Shown here: positions 9,542 to 19,511 of the stretch, one piece after another
How the letters are laid out: each line of letters begins with the position of its first letter
Numbering within the stretch: the first letter of the stretch is position 1
DNA from: Candidatus Omnitrophota bacterium
Lineage (GTDB): Bacteria; Omnitrophota; Omnitrophia; Omnitrophales; Aquincolibacteriaceae
DNA length: 64,000 nt
NCBI GenBank assembly: GCA_903856085.1
Contig: CAIOAT010000013.1
Span: 231,430-295,429, forward strand
Direction of reading: 5' to 3'
Translations under genes and position numbers: made by a program
The notes under the pieces: model-generated
The model's database searches: none
What the model was told of the DNA's origin: nothing
What the model saw: the letters and a program-made list of their open reading frames with translations, nothing else

Positions 9542-9622
9542 AAACATCGGGAAACGGGCAATGTGGGATGCAAAGAAATTCCGTTCCCCTTCATCCCTTT
9601 TCCAAGGAAACGGTTTAAAATC

Positions 9623-10252
9623 ATGGACTGGCTTCACGAATTTTTCTCGAAACTTTATCATTTCGAAGAACTGATCCGCTGGGGCGGGTATGTCGTCCTG
9701 GTGATTATTATCTACGCAGAAACAGGACTCCTCGCCGGATTCTTTTTGCCGGGCGATTCTCTGCTTGTCACGGCCGGGCTTTTCGCGGCGGTGGAAGGCG
9801 CGCTCCGTATCGAGGTCCTCATTCCCCTTCTCGCGGTGGCAGCTATCGCAGGCGATAACACCGGCTACTGGCTTGGCTACCATTTCGGCCCGAAGCTTTT
9901 CAGCAGGACCGATTCTTTTTTCTTTCACAAGGATCATCTGACCCGAACGCAAAAGTTTTATGACCAATACGGCCCCAAAACGCTCATTTTGGCACGCTTT
10001 GTTCCGATCGTCCGAACCTTTGCGCCAACGGTCGCCGGCGTTGGCCGTATGCCTTACCGAAAATTTCTTGCCTATAGCCTTGTCGGCGGCCTCGGCTGGA
10101 TCTCGAGCATGACACTTCTTGGATTTTCTCTCGGCCACTCGATCCCCAATATCGAAAAAAAAGTCCACTGGGTCATCCTGGCCGTGATCTTCCTCTCATT
10201 CCTTCCGATCCTGAAGGAATGGCTGCATTCGAGGAAAAAGCCTAGTGTATGA
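9623..10252 (+). CDS. DedA/VTT family membrane protein
   Basis: AETGLLAGFFLPGDSLL, GDNTGYWLG, ARFVPIVRTFAP motifs. Confidence 0.92.
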   Translation: MDWLHEFFSKLYHFEELIRWGGYVVLVIIIYAETGLLAGFFLPGDSLLVTAGLFAAVEGALRIEVLIPLLAVAAIAGDNTGYWLGYHFGPKLFSRTDSFFFHKDHLTRTQKFYDQYGPKTLILARFVPIVRTFAPTVAGVGRMPYRKFLAYSLVGGLGWISSMTLLGFSLGHSIPNIEKKVHWVILAVIFLSFLPILKEWLHSRKKPSV

Positions 10253-10325
10253 GAGCGGTCCCAATACCCATCCATCGAAGCGTAGTGAGATCGGGACCGT
10301 CCAAGTTGCCGTTTTGGAGAAGAAA

Positions 10326-10662
10326 ATGAAAGTCTGGACGGTCGCACTTTTGGTGGTTTCCAATATTTTCATGACCGCGGCATGGTACGGCCATCTAAAA
10401 TTCAGGTCTTCCGCCCTCTGGAAAGTCATTGTCATCAGGCTGGTTGATCGCTTTTGTGGAATATTGTTTCCAGGTTCCCGCGAACAGGATCGGGTCTTAC
10501 CAGTTTTCGACCGCGCAGCTTAAAACGATCCAGGAAGTGATCACGCTTGTAGTCTTTTGCGGTTTTTCTGTTCTTTATCTCAAAGAAGAATTAAAATGGA
10601 ACTATCTGGTGGGTTTTGGTTTCATGGCCGTTGCCGTATTTTTTGTTTTTAAAAAGTGGTAA
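10326..10662 (+). pseudogene. DMT family (DUF486-like) protein split by a +1 frameshift near 10437 (pseudogene or sequencing error)
   Basis: SNIFMTAAWYGHLK in one frame; WLIAFVEYCFQVPANRIG...QLKTIQEVITL in the next. ATC AGG C TGG has one extra G relative to ATC AGC TGG. Confidence 0.8.
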
Positions 10663-10711
10663 CTTCCTGATTTAAAGACAATGAAAAATCAGGATAACCT
10701 GAAAGGTCGTT

Positions 10712-11458
10712 ATGGCTCTTAAAGAAACTTATGAAAAGCAGGGCGCATTCCTTTTCCGCGGCAGAAGCTATCTTCCCCTTTTGGTGGGACCTCTTGTCGT
10801 GGGCGCGCTCCTGGATCCCCAATACACCCATCCCTTGTTCAGCGGTTTTTCCGGTAGCCTCTGGAAAACGATTTGCGTACTTATTTCCTTTACGGGGCTT
10901 TTGATCCGCTGCCTTGTAGCCGGTTATGTACCTCTTGGCACATCGGGACGCAATACCGAGAGACAGGTCGCTGAAAGTTTAAACACAAAAGGTCTTTATT
11001 CCATGGTCCGGAATCCTCTTTATCTCGGGAATTTCCTCATCATCCTGGGGCTTCTCCTCTTCATCCAGGTCTGGTGGTTCACGCTTGCCGGGATCGCTAT
11101 TTTCTGGATCTTCTATGAACGTATTATTTTCACGGAAGAAGAATTCTTGCGTCAGAAATTCGGCACCACGTTCGTGGAATGGTCTTTAAAAACACCCGTC
11201 TTCATCCCTAAGTTCTCGGGCTGGCAAAAACCGGAACTTCCCTACGCGTGGAAAATCGTTCTTCGCCGTGAGCATTCGACCCAGTTCGGCATGGTTTCCA
11301 CACTTGCCGTACTCGGAATCGCCGCTGACCTTTTCACGAAACCTGACCACAAGATCGCCGCCTTTTGGTGGATCTTCTGGGGAACGTCACTCGTCATTTA
11401 TCTTGTTCTCCGTTTTTTAAAGAAAAAAACAAACGTCCTCAACATTCAGGGCCGTTAA
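10712..11458 (+). CDS. ICMT/PEMT-family membrane methyltransferase, LmtA-like (lipid A 1-phosphate O-methyltransferase)
   Basis: GTSGRNT...LNTKGLYSMVRNPLYLGN...EEEFLRQKFG; the N-terminus MALKETYEKQGAFLFRGRSYLP resembles Leptospira LmtA (from memory). Confidence 0.75.
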   Translation: MALKETYEKQGAFLFRGRSYLPLLVGPLVVGALLDPQYTHPLFSGFSGSLWKTICVLISFTGLLIRCLVAGYVPLGTSGRNTERQVAESLNTKGLYSMVRNPLYLGNFLIILGLLLFIQVWWFTLAGIAIFWIFYERIIFTEEEFLRQKFGTTFVEWSLKTPVFIPKFSGWQKPELPYAWKIVLRREHSTQFGMVSTLAVLGIAADLFTKPDHKIAAFWWIFWGTSLVIYLVLRFLKKKTNVLNIQGR

Positions 11459-11477
11459 ACTACTTTTGAGGTGACCT

Positions 11478-12044
11478 ATGAAAAAATCGCTCGGCGCAAA
11501 AACCATGCTTTTCCCCACTCCCGTCCTGATCGTCTGTTCTTATGACGCCAAAGGTGTTCCTAATGCCATGAACGTCGCTTGGGGCGGTATCGCCTGCTCA
11601 GAACCGCCGTGCGTAGCCATCTCAATCCGCGACCATCGAAAAACCTATGAGAACATTATGGCAAACAAGGCCTTTACCGTGAATATCCCTTCCGAGAAAT
11701 ACATGAAAGAAGCGGATCATTTCGGGATCGTGTCGGGAAAAACCGAGGACAAATTCAAGGCCACAGGACTGACACCCGTCAAAAGCACTTTGGTCAACGC
11801 CCCTTACATCAAGGAGTTCCCCCTCGTATTGGAATGCTCCCTCAAAGAAACACACAGACTCGGCACCCATACGCAGTTCATCGGTGAGATCAAGGATGTG
11901 AAGGCTGAAGAATCTTCCCTCAATGCAAAGGGATTTCCGGATGCCGAAAAAATGAAAGCTTTCATGTTCGATCCGAGCACGAGCGCCTATTACGCAACCG
12001 GTAAGTTCCTCGCCCAGGCCTTCACGGTCGGCAAGAACAAGTAA
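11478..12044 (+). CDS. Flavin reductase family protein (flavoredoxin-like)
   Basis: NAMNVAWGG, FTVNIP, APYIKEFPLVLEC, GTHTQFIGEI motifs. Confidence 0.9.
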   Translation: MKKSLGAKTMLFPTPVLIVCSYDAKGVPNAMNVAWGGIACSEPPCVAISIRDHRKTYENIMANKAFTVNIPSEKYMKEADHFGIVSGKTEDKFKATGLTPVKSTLVNAPYIKEFPLVLECSLKETHRLGTHTQFIGEIKDVKAEESSLNAKGFPDAEKMKAFMFDPSTSAYYATGKFLAQAFTVGKNK

Positions 12045-12059
12045 CACGGGAACTCTCTT

Positions 12060-12434
12060 ATGGCAAAGTGGCTGGGTTTGGCCGCAGGCGGTATCCTGGG
12101 AACCTTTGCCCGTTACTTCCTCTCGGGAACCGTCCACCGCATTTTCGGGGTCACATTCCCCTTCGGGACGCTTGTAGTCAATCTTGTGGGTTGTTTCGCG
12201 ATCGGATTTCTCGCCGTGCTCGCGGAAGAAAAGTTCTTGTTGGGCCCTACCGCAAGGATTTTCCTCATGATCGGTTTTTGCGGCGCCTTCACAACCTTCT
12301 CAACGTTTATCCTTGAGACCTCGAATCTCGTCAAGGACAGCGAAAGTCTTTATGCCTTTATGAACATCGCTTTGAGCGTGGGGCTTGGCTTTTTGGTCTT
12401 CCGCTTGGGCGTCATGCTCGCGCGGTGGATCTAA
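12060..12434 (+). CDS. crcB: Fluoride efflux channel CrcB/FluC
   Basis: GGILGTFARY, PFGTLVVN, GFCGAFTTFSTF signature. Confidence 0.95.
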   Translation: MAKWLGLAAGGILGTFARYFLSGTVHRIFGVTFPFGTLVVNLVGCFAIGFLAVLAEEKFLLGPTARIFLMIGFCGAFTTFSTFILETSNLVKDSESLYAFMNIALSVGLGFLVFRLGVMLARWI

Positions 12435-12449
12435 CCTCAGGAGAAACTT

Positions 12450-12782
12450 ATGAAAATTCCAGAAGATGGAAAACTTTTAAGGGTTTTTATCGGTGAGGCG
12501 GATAAATGGCAGGGTCGTCCGCTGTATGAAGCGATCGTATTGCTTGCCAAAAAAGAAAGCATGGCCGGCGCCACAGCGATCAAGGGTTTCATGGGCTTCG
12601 GCTGCAAGAGCCACCTGCACACGACAAAGATTCTGCGGCTTTCCGAGGACCTGCCTATCGTAATCGAGATCGTGGATAGCGAGGAAAAAATCGCGAAATT
12701 CCTTCCGCTCCTCGATCCCATGGTGAAAGAAGGCCTTGTCACCCTTGAAAATACGAACGTTATTTTGTATCGAGCGGGTTAA
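12450..12782 (+). CDS. DUF190 family PII-like protein (usual crcB partner)
   Basis: LRVFIGEADKWQGRPLY...GATAIKGFMGFG...LSEDLPIVIEIVD. Confidence 0.9.
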   Translation: MKIPEDGKLLRVFIGEADKWQGRPLYEAIVLLAKKESMAGATAIKGFMGFGCKSHLHTTKILRLSEDLPIVIEIVDSEEKIAKFLPLLDPMVKEGLVTLENTNVILYRAG

Positions 12783-13371
12783 CCATGGAAGGCTTTGAAA
12801 GACTTCGTTTGATGGATTCGCGAAGAGAATAAATACAACCGCAATAATTTTGACGGTAAAACTTTTCCTCCCTCGTGATCTTCTCCATTTGTGCCTGACC
12901 GCCCATAAGCCGCCAGTTATGTTCCCAAAAAACAATCCCCGGAAATAAAAAAGCGACCCGCCTTCCCGCCCGGCTCACTTGCTCGAGGTCCTTCCACCGG
13001 GAGATACCGAGACTGGTCGAAAAAACTTTAAAACCATTCTCGGCCGCATAGGCCGCAGTTTTCCCAAGGCGCATTTCAAAGCAGAGAGTGCACCGCGCCC
13101 CCCTCTCCGCATCTTCCTCATGCCCCTTCGTCGTCTCAAGCCACCTATCGGCTTCGTAATCCGCATCCACAAACGGGATGTTCATTTTCTGAACATAGCG
13201 CACGACCTCTTGTTTCCGGTGCTCGTATTCCTCCCGAGGAGAGATATTAGGATTGTAAAAATAGACCGTGGGTTTTAGCCCGCTTTCAATCATGCTTTGA
13301 AGGATGGCGCAGGAGCAAGGCGCGCAACATGAGTGAAGCAAGATTTTTTTTTCGTTGTTGGGGACTTGCAT
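12760..13371 (-). CDS. queH: Epoxyqueuosine reductase QueH (DUF208)
   Basis: LLHSCCAPCS, YFYNPNI, RCTLCFEMRL, YRQNYCGCIYS motifs. Confidence 0.93.
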   Translation of the reverse strand: MQVPNNEKKILLHSCCAPCSCAILQSMIESGLKPTVYFYNPNISPREEYEHRKQEVVRYVQKMNIPFVDADYEADRWLETTKGHEEDAERGARCTLCFEMRLGKTAAYAAENGFKVFSTSLGISRWKDLEQVSRAGRRVAFLFPGIVFWEHNWRLMGGQAQMEKITREEKFYRQNYCGCIYSLRESIKRSLSKPSMVNPLDTK

Positions 13372-13566
13372 AAGTTCGGCGCCTACCAAAATTTTCGAAA
13401 CAGCTTCATTGCGAAAGAAGAATTCCTACCTTTTGAAAATTCCATCACGTGGAAGTTGGGGGCATTATACAGAGAAATCCGTTTCGTGGAATGGGAAACG
13501 TTCTTGTTCATCCTTGCCCGCGGAGCGCTTTCTGCCAAGCCTCGCTGGGTTCCCTACCAATGCTTT

Positions 13567-15987
13567 TTATGCGTTATCTTCATCGTCGGACTCGGCCTCG
13601 ACGGGAGTGGCTTCGGCATAGTCGCCGGTGGGATTCGGGAGAAGAATCTCCCGTTGCTTGGCGCCATCCTGAGGTCCGATCACGCCTGCGGCTTCTAGCT
13701 GATCCACCACGCGTGCCGCACGCGAGTACCCAAGCCGCAAACGCCTCTGGAGATAGGAAGTCGAGGCCTGACGCGTGGTGAGAACGATGCGCTTCGCTTC
13801 GTCAAACATTTCATCTTTCTCGCCGGCACCACCCGGCATCGAGCTATTTTGCGCAGCCTGGATCTCGGAATGGTATTCCGGTTTCCCTTGTTGGGCAGTA
13901 AAAGCCACGATCCGATTGATCTCTTCATCCTCAATGAGCGGTGCCTGCCCCCTGATCATATTGTCACTGCCAGGTTGTACAAAAAGCATATCCCCGCGCC
14001 CCAGCAATTTATCGGCCCCTTTATTATCCAGAATGGTCCTGGAATCTACGACCGAGGCAACCTTGAACGCAACGCGGGCCGGGAAATTCGCTTTAATGAC
14101 GCCGGTGATGACGTCCACCGAAGGCCTCTGGGTCGCAAGGATCAGATGAATGCCCACCGCACGGGAAAGTTGCGCAAGCCGTGTGATGGCCGTCTCGACC
14201 TTGTCCTGTGCCACAAGCATGAGATCCGCAAGTTCGTCGATAATAACCACAATGTAAGGGATTGAGGCTGGGATCACATTCTCGGAATCCCCCGCCGCTT
14301 CAACCTGTTTCACACCTTCTTCGGAAAGCTCGCGGGTGTTGAATCCCACAATATTCCTCACCCCGACCGTAGCAAAAAGACGGTACCGTTTTTCCATTTC
14401 CATCACGACCCAATTCAAGGTATTCGAGGCTTTTCGCACATCCGTCACCACCGGAGAAAGCATGTGCGGGATCTTGTTGTAAACGGCAAGTTCCACCATT
14501 TTCGGGTCCACCATGACCAGCTTCAGCTGAGACGGCGTGCAGTGATAAAGAAATCCGGCAATAATCGAATTAATGCAAACGGTCTTGCCGCTTCCTGTGG
14601 TCCCGGCAATCAGGATGTGAGGCATGGCAGCCAGGTCCGCGATCATAGGCCTCCCACTCGTGTCTTTTCCGAGAATCAAGGGCAGCATGCATTTCTGCGA
14701 ACGGAAATCGGGATTCTCGATCATCTCGCGTACAAGGATCGGCCGCGATATGGAATTGGGAACTTCGATCCCGATCGTCTGCTTTCCCGGGATTGGAATG
14801 ATCATCCGGATGCTTGTCGCCTTAAGCGCCATGGCGATATCGTCTTCATAGGTCGCGATCGAATTGGCGCGAACCCCGGGTGCCGGCAAAAGCTCATACA
14901 ATGTAATCTTGGGACCCTGCTCTACCTCCACCACCTTGACCTCGATCTCAAACTCAGCGAGCGTCGCCTCAATGGCCTTGGAATTGGCCGCGAGATCATC
15001 ACCTCCGCCGACCACATCCTCTTTCGGTCTTTTCAAGAGATCCACAGGAGGAAATTGATAGTTCGCATCCGCCTTGATCTGAGATCCGATCACACCTTTA
15101 AAGGAGACTTCATCGCTGGATTGGGACGCGGACTGTTTTTCCTTACCTGTAGGCTCCACGTTGGTGGCCCCAAGCTGGGGAGGCACCAGCTTCTTAACAA
15201 GTTCTTTGGGCTCTTCTTTAGGCTTCTTTTCAACCTTCGCCTTATCGTCAGTCATGCCCGCAGTGGGTTGATAAGTTTTGATCTTGAGCGGAATATCCGG
15301 AATCCGCGGCGCCGGCTTTTCCTTCTCTTTTTCTTTTTCCTTTTCCTTTTCTTTCTCTCTTTGCTTGAGTTCCTTAGCTTGTCTCTCCTGTTCCTTTTTA
15401 AGAGCAGCGGCATTCCCGTTCTTTTTAGAATCGCGAGGAAACCGTTCGGCAACACCTGAGAAAAGTGTTTGGCATTTTCCAACGATTGCACGAAACAAAG
15501 GATAGAGCAGGAAATCCGTGGCGAGCAGCAGGGAGAGCAAAAGCGCTGAACCCGCCAAGATATAGCTTCCGAGACGCCCAAAATAGCGCAGGAGGTGGTT
15601 CCCCGCCACATACCCGAACGCGCCGCCATAGACGAAGCGCTGTGCGGGCCCCACGGTAATGGTGACGATCGTCGCTATCGAAAGAAGTGCGATGGCAAGT
15701 CCGATAAATTTAAAAAGTTTTCGTTCCGGGACCTTTTGGAGAAAAAAACATTCCGCCCAGAGCAGGAAGACGAACGGGATCACAAAGGCGCTAAGGCCGA
15801 AAACGAGAAAAAGTCCGAACGCGAGATAAGCGCCAAAATCGCCTGCGTAATTCGCTACAGGGAACGTCGGATGAGATGAATAGAACGCGATATCTTCCGC
15901 GTGATAGAAGAAGAGACTTGCAAAGGTAAACAGCCCCAGCAAAAGGAAAAAAACACCCCAAATCTCGTTGACTCTTTCTTTTTTCAT
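13567..15987 (-). CDS. ftsK: DNA translocase FtsK/SpoIIIE
   Basis: 4-TM N-terminus, PHILIAGTTGSGKT, IIDELADLM, ATQRPSVDVITG, gamma domain LQRRLRLGYSRAAR. Confidence 0.96.
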   Translation of the reverse strand: MKKERVNEIWGVFFLLLGLFTFASLFFYHAEDIAFYSSHPTFPVANYAGDFGAYLAFGLFLVFGLSAFVIPFVFLLWAECFFLQKVPERKLFKFIGLAIALLSIATIVTITVGPAQRFVYGGAFGYVAGNHLLRYFGRLGSYILAGSALLLSLLLATDFLLYPLFRAIVGKCQTLFSGVAERFPRDSKKNGNAAALKKEQERQAKELKQREKEKEKEKEKEKEKPAPRIPDIPLKIKTYQPTAGMTDDKAKVEKKPKEEPKELVKKLVPPQLGATNVEPTGKEKQSASQSSDEVSFKGVIGSQIKADANYQFPPVDLLKRPKEDVVGGGDDLAANSKAIEATLAEFEIEVKVVEVEQGPKITLYELLPAPGVRANSIATYEDDIAMALKATSIRMIIPIPGKQTIGIEVPNSISRPILVREMIENPDFRSQKCMLPLILGKDTSGRPMIADLAAMPHILIAGTTGSGKTVCINSIIAGFLYHCTPSQLKLVMVDPKMVELAVYNKIPHMLSPVVTDVRKASNTLNWVVMEMEKRYRLFATVGVRNIVGFNTRELSEEGVKQVEAAGDSENVIPASIPYIVVIIDELADLMLVAQDKVETAITRLAQLSRAVGIHLILATQRPSVDVITGVIKANFPARVAFKVASVVDSRTILDNKGADKLLGRGDMLFVQPGSDNMIRGQAPLIEDEEINRIVAFTAQQGKPEYHSEIQAAQNSSMPGGAGEKDEMFDEAKRIVLTTRQASTSYLQRRLRLGYSRAARVVDQLEAAGVIGPQDGAKQREILLPNPTGDYAEATPVEAESDDEDNA

Positions 15988-16028
15988 AGGATATGAAACC
16001 GGATTGTGAACTATTGCAGTTCCATTCT

Positions 16029-16088
16029 GTCATTTCCACGGAAGCAGAAATCCGACAACGTGGATCCCGCTAAAAACATGCGGGATAA
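16029..16088. repeat. Degenerate REP/RPE-like palindromic element
   Basis: GTCATTTCCACGGAAGCAGAAATCC...TGGATCCCGC-taaaaacat-GCGGGAT, intergenic between dut and ftsK. Confidence 0.5.
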
Positions 16089-16109
16089 AATTGTCATGCG
16101 CAAAACCGC

Positions 16110-16559
16110 TCAGTGGCCCGTGTGGCCGAAACCGCCTGCACCCCGATGTGTTCCATCAAGATTATCGACTGCCTCAAGCTTCGCCTTAACTACCTCGGCA
16201 AGAACCATTTGGGCGATCCGCATACCGCGCGTCACGGTGAAAGTTTCCTTCGCATGATTGATTAAAATGACCTGGATCTCGCCGCGATAGTCGGAATCGA
16301 TCGTCCCGGGGGTATTGAGAAGCGTGATCCCGTATTTGATCGCAAGACCGCTTCGGGGACGAATCTGGGCCTCGAGATTCTTCGGAAGAGCGATAATGAT
16401 TCCCGTGGGGACTAGAACCCGGTCCCCAGGATGAATTGTAATGGCCTCTTGGCAGGCAGCTAAGAGATCGATGCCGCTTGCTCCTTCGGTTTGATATTGA
16501 GGAAGAGGCAATCCTTCGAAATGGGGTAATGTTTTGACCTGAACTTGTATTTCTTTCAT
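16110..16559 (-). CDS. dut: dUTP diphosphatase
   Basis: [34 protein letters not shown] motifs. Confidence 0.97.
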   Translation of the reverse strand: MKEIQVQVKTLPHFEGLPLPQYQTEGASGIDLLAACQEAITIHPGDRVLVPTGIIIALPKNLEAQIRPRSGLAIKYGITLLNTPGTIDSDYRGEIQVILINHAKETFTVTRGMRIAQMVLAEVVKAKLEAVDNLDGTHRGAGGFGHTGH

Positions 16560-16571
16560 GGGGAAAAAGTA

Positions 16572-16616
16572 AGGGGGTCAGGCACCTTCAAAAAACGAGA
16601 CGGTGCCTGACCCCCT
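16572..16616 (-). terminator. Strong hairpin downstream of pnp (intrinsic terminator or processing stem)
   Basis: Perfect 15-bp stem AGGGGGTCAGGCACC/GGTGCCTGACCCCCT, followed by TACTTTTT on the - strand. Confidence 0.6.
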
Positions 16617-16621
16617 AAATC

Positions 16622-18805
16622 TTATCGGCGAGGCCGGCCTCTTCCACCACGATCATCACGATCGCGCCTCGGAGGAGCTGCTTCCACAACCGTCCTTTGA
16701 TCTTCAGGAAGAATCGGAAGGGGTTCGGTCATCGCTTGCTTGATGCTCAAGCTCACTTTGCCTCGTTCATCGACGCTGAGAACCTTCACTTTAATTTTAT
16801 CACCCACGCGGAGATAATCCCCGGCGCTCTTAACGAATCCTTCGGTGATCTCGGAGACATGGCAAAGCCCGTCCTTGCCCGGCAAAATTTCGCAAAACGC
16901 GCCGAACGGCATGAGCTTCTGGACCGTGCTCTCGTAGATCTTGCCAATCTCGGCATCTTCGGTCACAGCCTGAACGCGCGCAATGGCGGCTGCGGAAGAC
17001 TCACTACTCACCGCAGCAATAAAAACACGACCATCATCTTCGATGTCAATCTTGGCGCCGGTTTCTTCGACGATCTTGCGAATGTTCTTGCCGCCCGGGC
17101 CGATAAGCATGCCTATCTTTTCGGGATCGATCTTAAGCGTCGTGATGCGCGGCGCAAATTCGGAAAGTTCCTTCGGCGTCTTGATACAACCCGCGATCAT
17201 GTCGAGGATCTTGAAGCGCGCCTGTTTCGCCTGATCAAACGCTTCCTTGAGCTGGGCTTCTGTGATGCCATCGATCTTCATGTCCATTTGAAGCGCTGTA
17301 AGTCCCTCGCGGGTCCCCGCAGCTTTAAAGTCCATATCACCCAAATGGTCTTCGATCCCGGCGATATCCGTCAGAACCTTCCAACGGTTCTTATCCGTCA
17401 CAAGTCCGATCGCGATCCCCGCGACCGGCGCCTTGATCGGCACCCCGGCATCCATCAGTGCGAGCGTTCCGCCACAAACCGTGGCCATTGAACTCGAACC
17501 GTTGGACTCCATGATCTCGGAAACGAGACGAATGGTATACGGAAAATCTTCCTGGGACGGGAGAATGGGTTCCAGCGCGCGTGACGCAAGCGCACCGTGA
17601 CCAATCTCACGACGGCCTGTTCCGCGGTTGGGGCCGACCTCGCCCACACTGTAATGCGGAAAGTTATAATGCAGCATGAAACGCCTGGAGTATTCTTTCT
17701 CCAAGGCATCGATGGTCTGCTCATCATCACCCGTACCAAGCGTGGTTACGCTCAAACTCTGGGTCTGACCGCGCGTAAAAAGCGAGGAGCCATGGGTTCT
17801 CGGCAAAATGCCGATCTCACAAGTAATTTTGCGAATATCGCGTTCCCCGCGTCCGTCCGGACGTTTTCCGGTGGAAAGAACAAAATCACGGATCTTTTCG
17901 TGCTCGAGCCGCGCGAACGCGATCTTCACGATAGCCTCGTCAAAGCCTTCGGCTTTGGTATCGCACTCGGCGAGAGCCTTTTCATAAAGACCTTTCAGGA
18001 AAGCTTCCTGCGCTTCTTTGCCCGGCTGGGAGAACAACTTCTCGAATTCGTTCCCGATCGCGGCCTTGATCTTCTGTTCCATGCCCGCCGCAAAGGCAAT
18101 CGGTTTCACAGTCTTCTTGGTCTTACCGGCTTTTTTCACAAGATCCAGCTGCAACTGCACAGCCTTCTTGACCGCTTCATGCCCGATCTTAAGCGCCTCG
18201 AACATCTGCTCTTCCGAGATCTCTTGGGCTCCCGCTTCGATCATCACGATCTTTTCGAGGGTACCGGCAACCACGAGGTCTAAAGCGCTCTTTTCAAGTT
18301 CCTGGTGGGTAGGGTTCACGATAAACTGTCCGTCCACAAGCCCGACACGCGCGGCGCCGAGAGCGGTCGCGTAAGGAATATCCGAGATCATAAGCGCCGC
18401 CGAAGCTGCGTTCATTGCGAAGATCTCGGTCATATTTTCGCCATCGATCGACAGCACGGTCACCGAAACCTGCACTTCGTTAAGATAATCTTCTGGAAAA
18501 AGCGGACGAATGGGCCGGTCGATCAGTCGCGAGGTCAGAATCTCCTTTTCGGAAGGACGCCCCTCACGTTTAAAAAAACCGCCTGGGATCTTCCCGGCGG
18601 CGTAAGTGCGTTCGCGATAATCCACGGTAAGCGGAAAGAAATCGCGGATCTCTTTCTTGTCAGCCGCGGCAACCACGGCCGCCAGGATCACGGTCCCGCC
18701 GCATTGAACAAGCACGGCACCATGGGCCTGTTTGGCCATGCGCCCAGTTTCCAGGGACACTTCATGGCCCCCGATTTGAGTAGAAACTTTTTCGATCTTT
18801 GTCAT
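16622..18805 (-). CDS. pnp: Polyribonucleotide nucleotidyltransferase
   Basis: FFPLTVDY, GKIPGGFFKREG, RREIGHG, SNGSSSMA, GDMDFK; KH and S1 domains. Confidence 0.98.
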   Translation of the reverse strand: MTKIEKVSTQIGGHEVSLETGRMAKQAHGAVLVQCGGTVILAAVVAAADKKEIRDFFPLTVDYRERTYAAGKIPGGFFKREGRPSEKEILTSRLIDRPIRPLFPEDYLNEVQVSVTVLSIDGENMTEIFAMNAASAALMISDIPYATALGAARVGLVDGQFIVNPTHQELEKSALDLVVAGTLEKIVMIEAGAQEISEEQMFEALKIGHEAVKKAVQLQLDLVKKAGKTKKTVKPIAFAAGMEQKIKAAIGNEFEKLFSQPGKEAQEAFLKGLYEKALAECDTKAEGFDEAIVKIAFARLEHEKIRDFVLSTGKRPDGRGERDIRKITCEIGILPRTHGSSLFTRGQTQSLSVTTLGTGDDEQTIDALEKEYSRRFMLHYNFPHYSVGEVGPNRGTGRREIGHGALASRALEPILPSQEDFPYTIRLVSEIMESNGSSSMATVCGGTLALMDAGVPIKAPVAGIAIGLVTDKNRWKVLTDIAGIEDHLGDMDFKAAGTREGLTALQMDMKIDGITEAQLKEAFDQAKQARFKILDMIAGCIKTPKELSEFAPRITTLKIDPEKIGMLIGPGGKNIRKIVEETGAKIDIEDDGRVFIAAVSSESSAAAIARVQAVTEDAEIGKIYESTVQKLMPFGAFCEILPGKDGLCHVSEITEGFVKSAGDYLRVGDKIKVKVLSVDERGKVSLSIKQAMTEPLPILPEDQRTVVEAAPPRRDRDDRGGRGRPRR

Positions 18806-18877
18806 GTGAGGTTACACCTTTCGCTTGTGAGGTTGGGACTTATTCAAGATAAGGACAGACAGGCTGAAACGAGGAAT

Positions 18878-19147
18878 TTATTTCCTCAGATCAAGGCGAG
18901 CGATGATCTGCTGGTATTTTTCAGGAGTCTCGCTTTGAAGATGCTTCAGAAGCCTTTTACGGCGACTGACCATCTTGATAAGTCCGTAACGCGAGTGGTG
19001 GTCTTTGACATTTTTTCCAAAATGCCCGGAAAGACCGTTGATGCGCTCTGTGAGAAGAGCAATCTGCACCTCATCGGACCCTGAATCGTTCTTACTGATC
19101 TTATATTTTGAAATAATCTCTTTTTTCTTCGTCTTTTCCAATGCCAT
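18878..19147 (-). CDS. rpsO: 30S ribosomal protein S15
   Basis: DSGSDEVQIALLTERI...KDHHSRYGL; 89 aa from ATG at 19147. Confidence 0.97.
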   Translation of the reverse strand: MALEKTKKKEIISKYKISKNDSGSDEVQIALLTERINGLSGHFGKNVKDHHSRYGLIKMVSRRKRLLKHLQSETPEKYQQIIARLDLRK

Positions 19148-19511
19148 TTTCTTTCCTAACTCCTCGTCTTTGTTGGATTTACGTCTTTTTTTTAGTCTCT
19201 GAAAGTCTCGGGAGTATACCCTACCCCCCCTGCGTTGTCCAGATTTTATTGATCGGATCGAGAAGTCATGATTCATCCATCAAAAAATCAGCGGGTAATC
19301 ATAACAATCCTTGTCAACCATCAGAGAAATAAAATTAAAGACAGGGATAGGAGCATCGGACTCCTAACGAAACCGCCCTGGATTTGCATTAATTGAATCA
19401 ATCGGAAAACTTAGGCTGCGCTCATTCCCTTGAAAAATCTATCGAAAATCCGTGCGTCCCAATTCATTGAGGATGGGGATCCAAACACTCGCCCCAAAAA
19501 CAAAAAAAACG

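Noticed and set aside
12040-12060. Fluoride riboswitch before crcB
   Set aside because: Only 15 bp of intergenic space and no GGNGAUG...UGAUG motif.
15318-15362. KEKEKE low-complexity tract in ftsK
   Set aside because: Ordinary variable FtsK linker.
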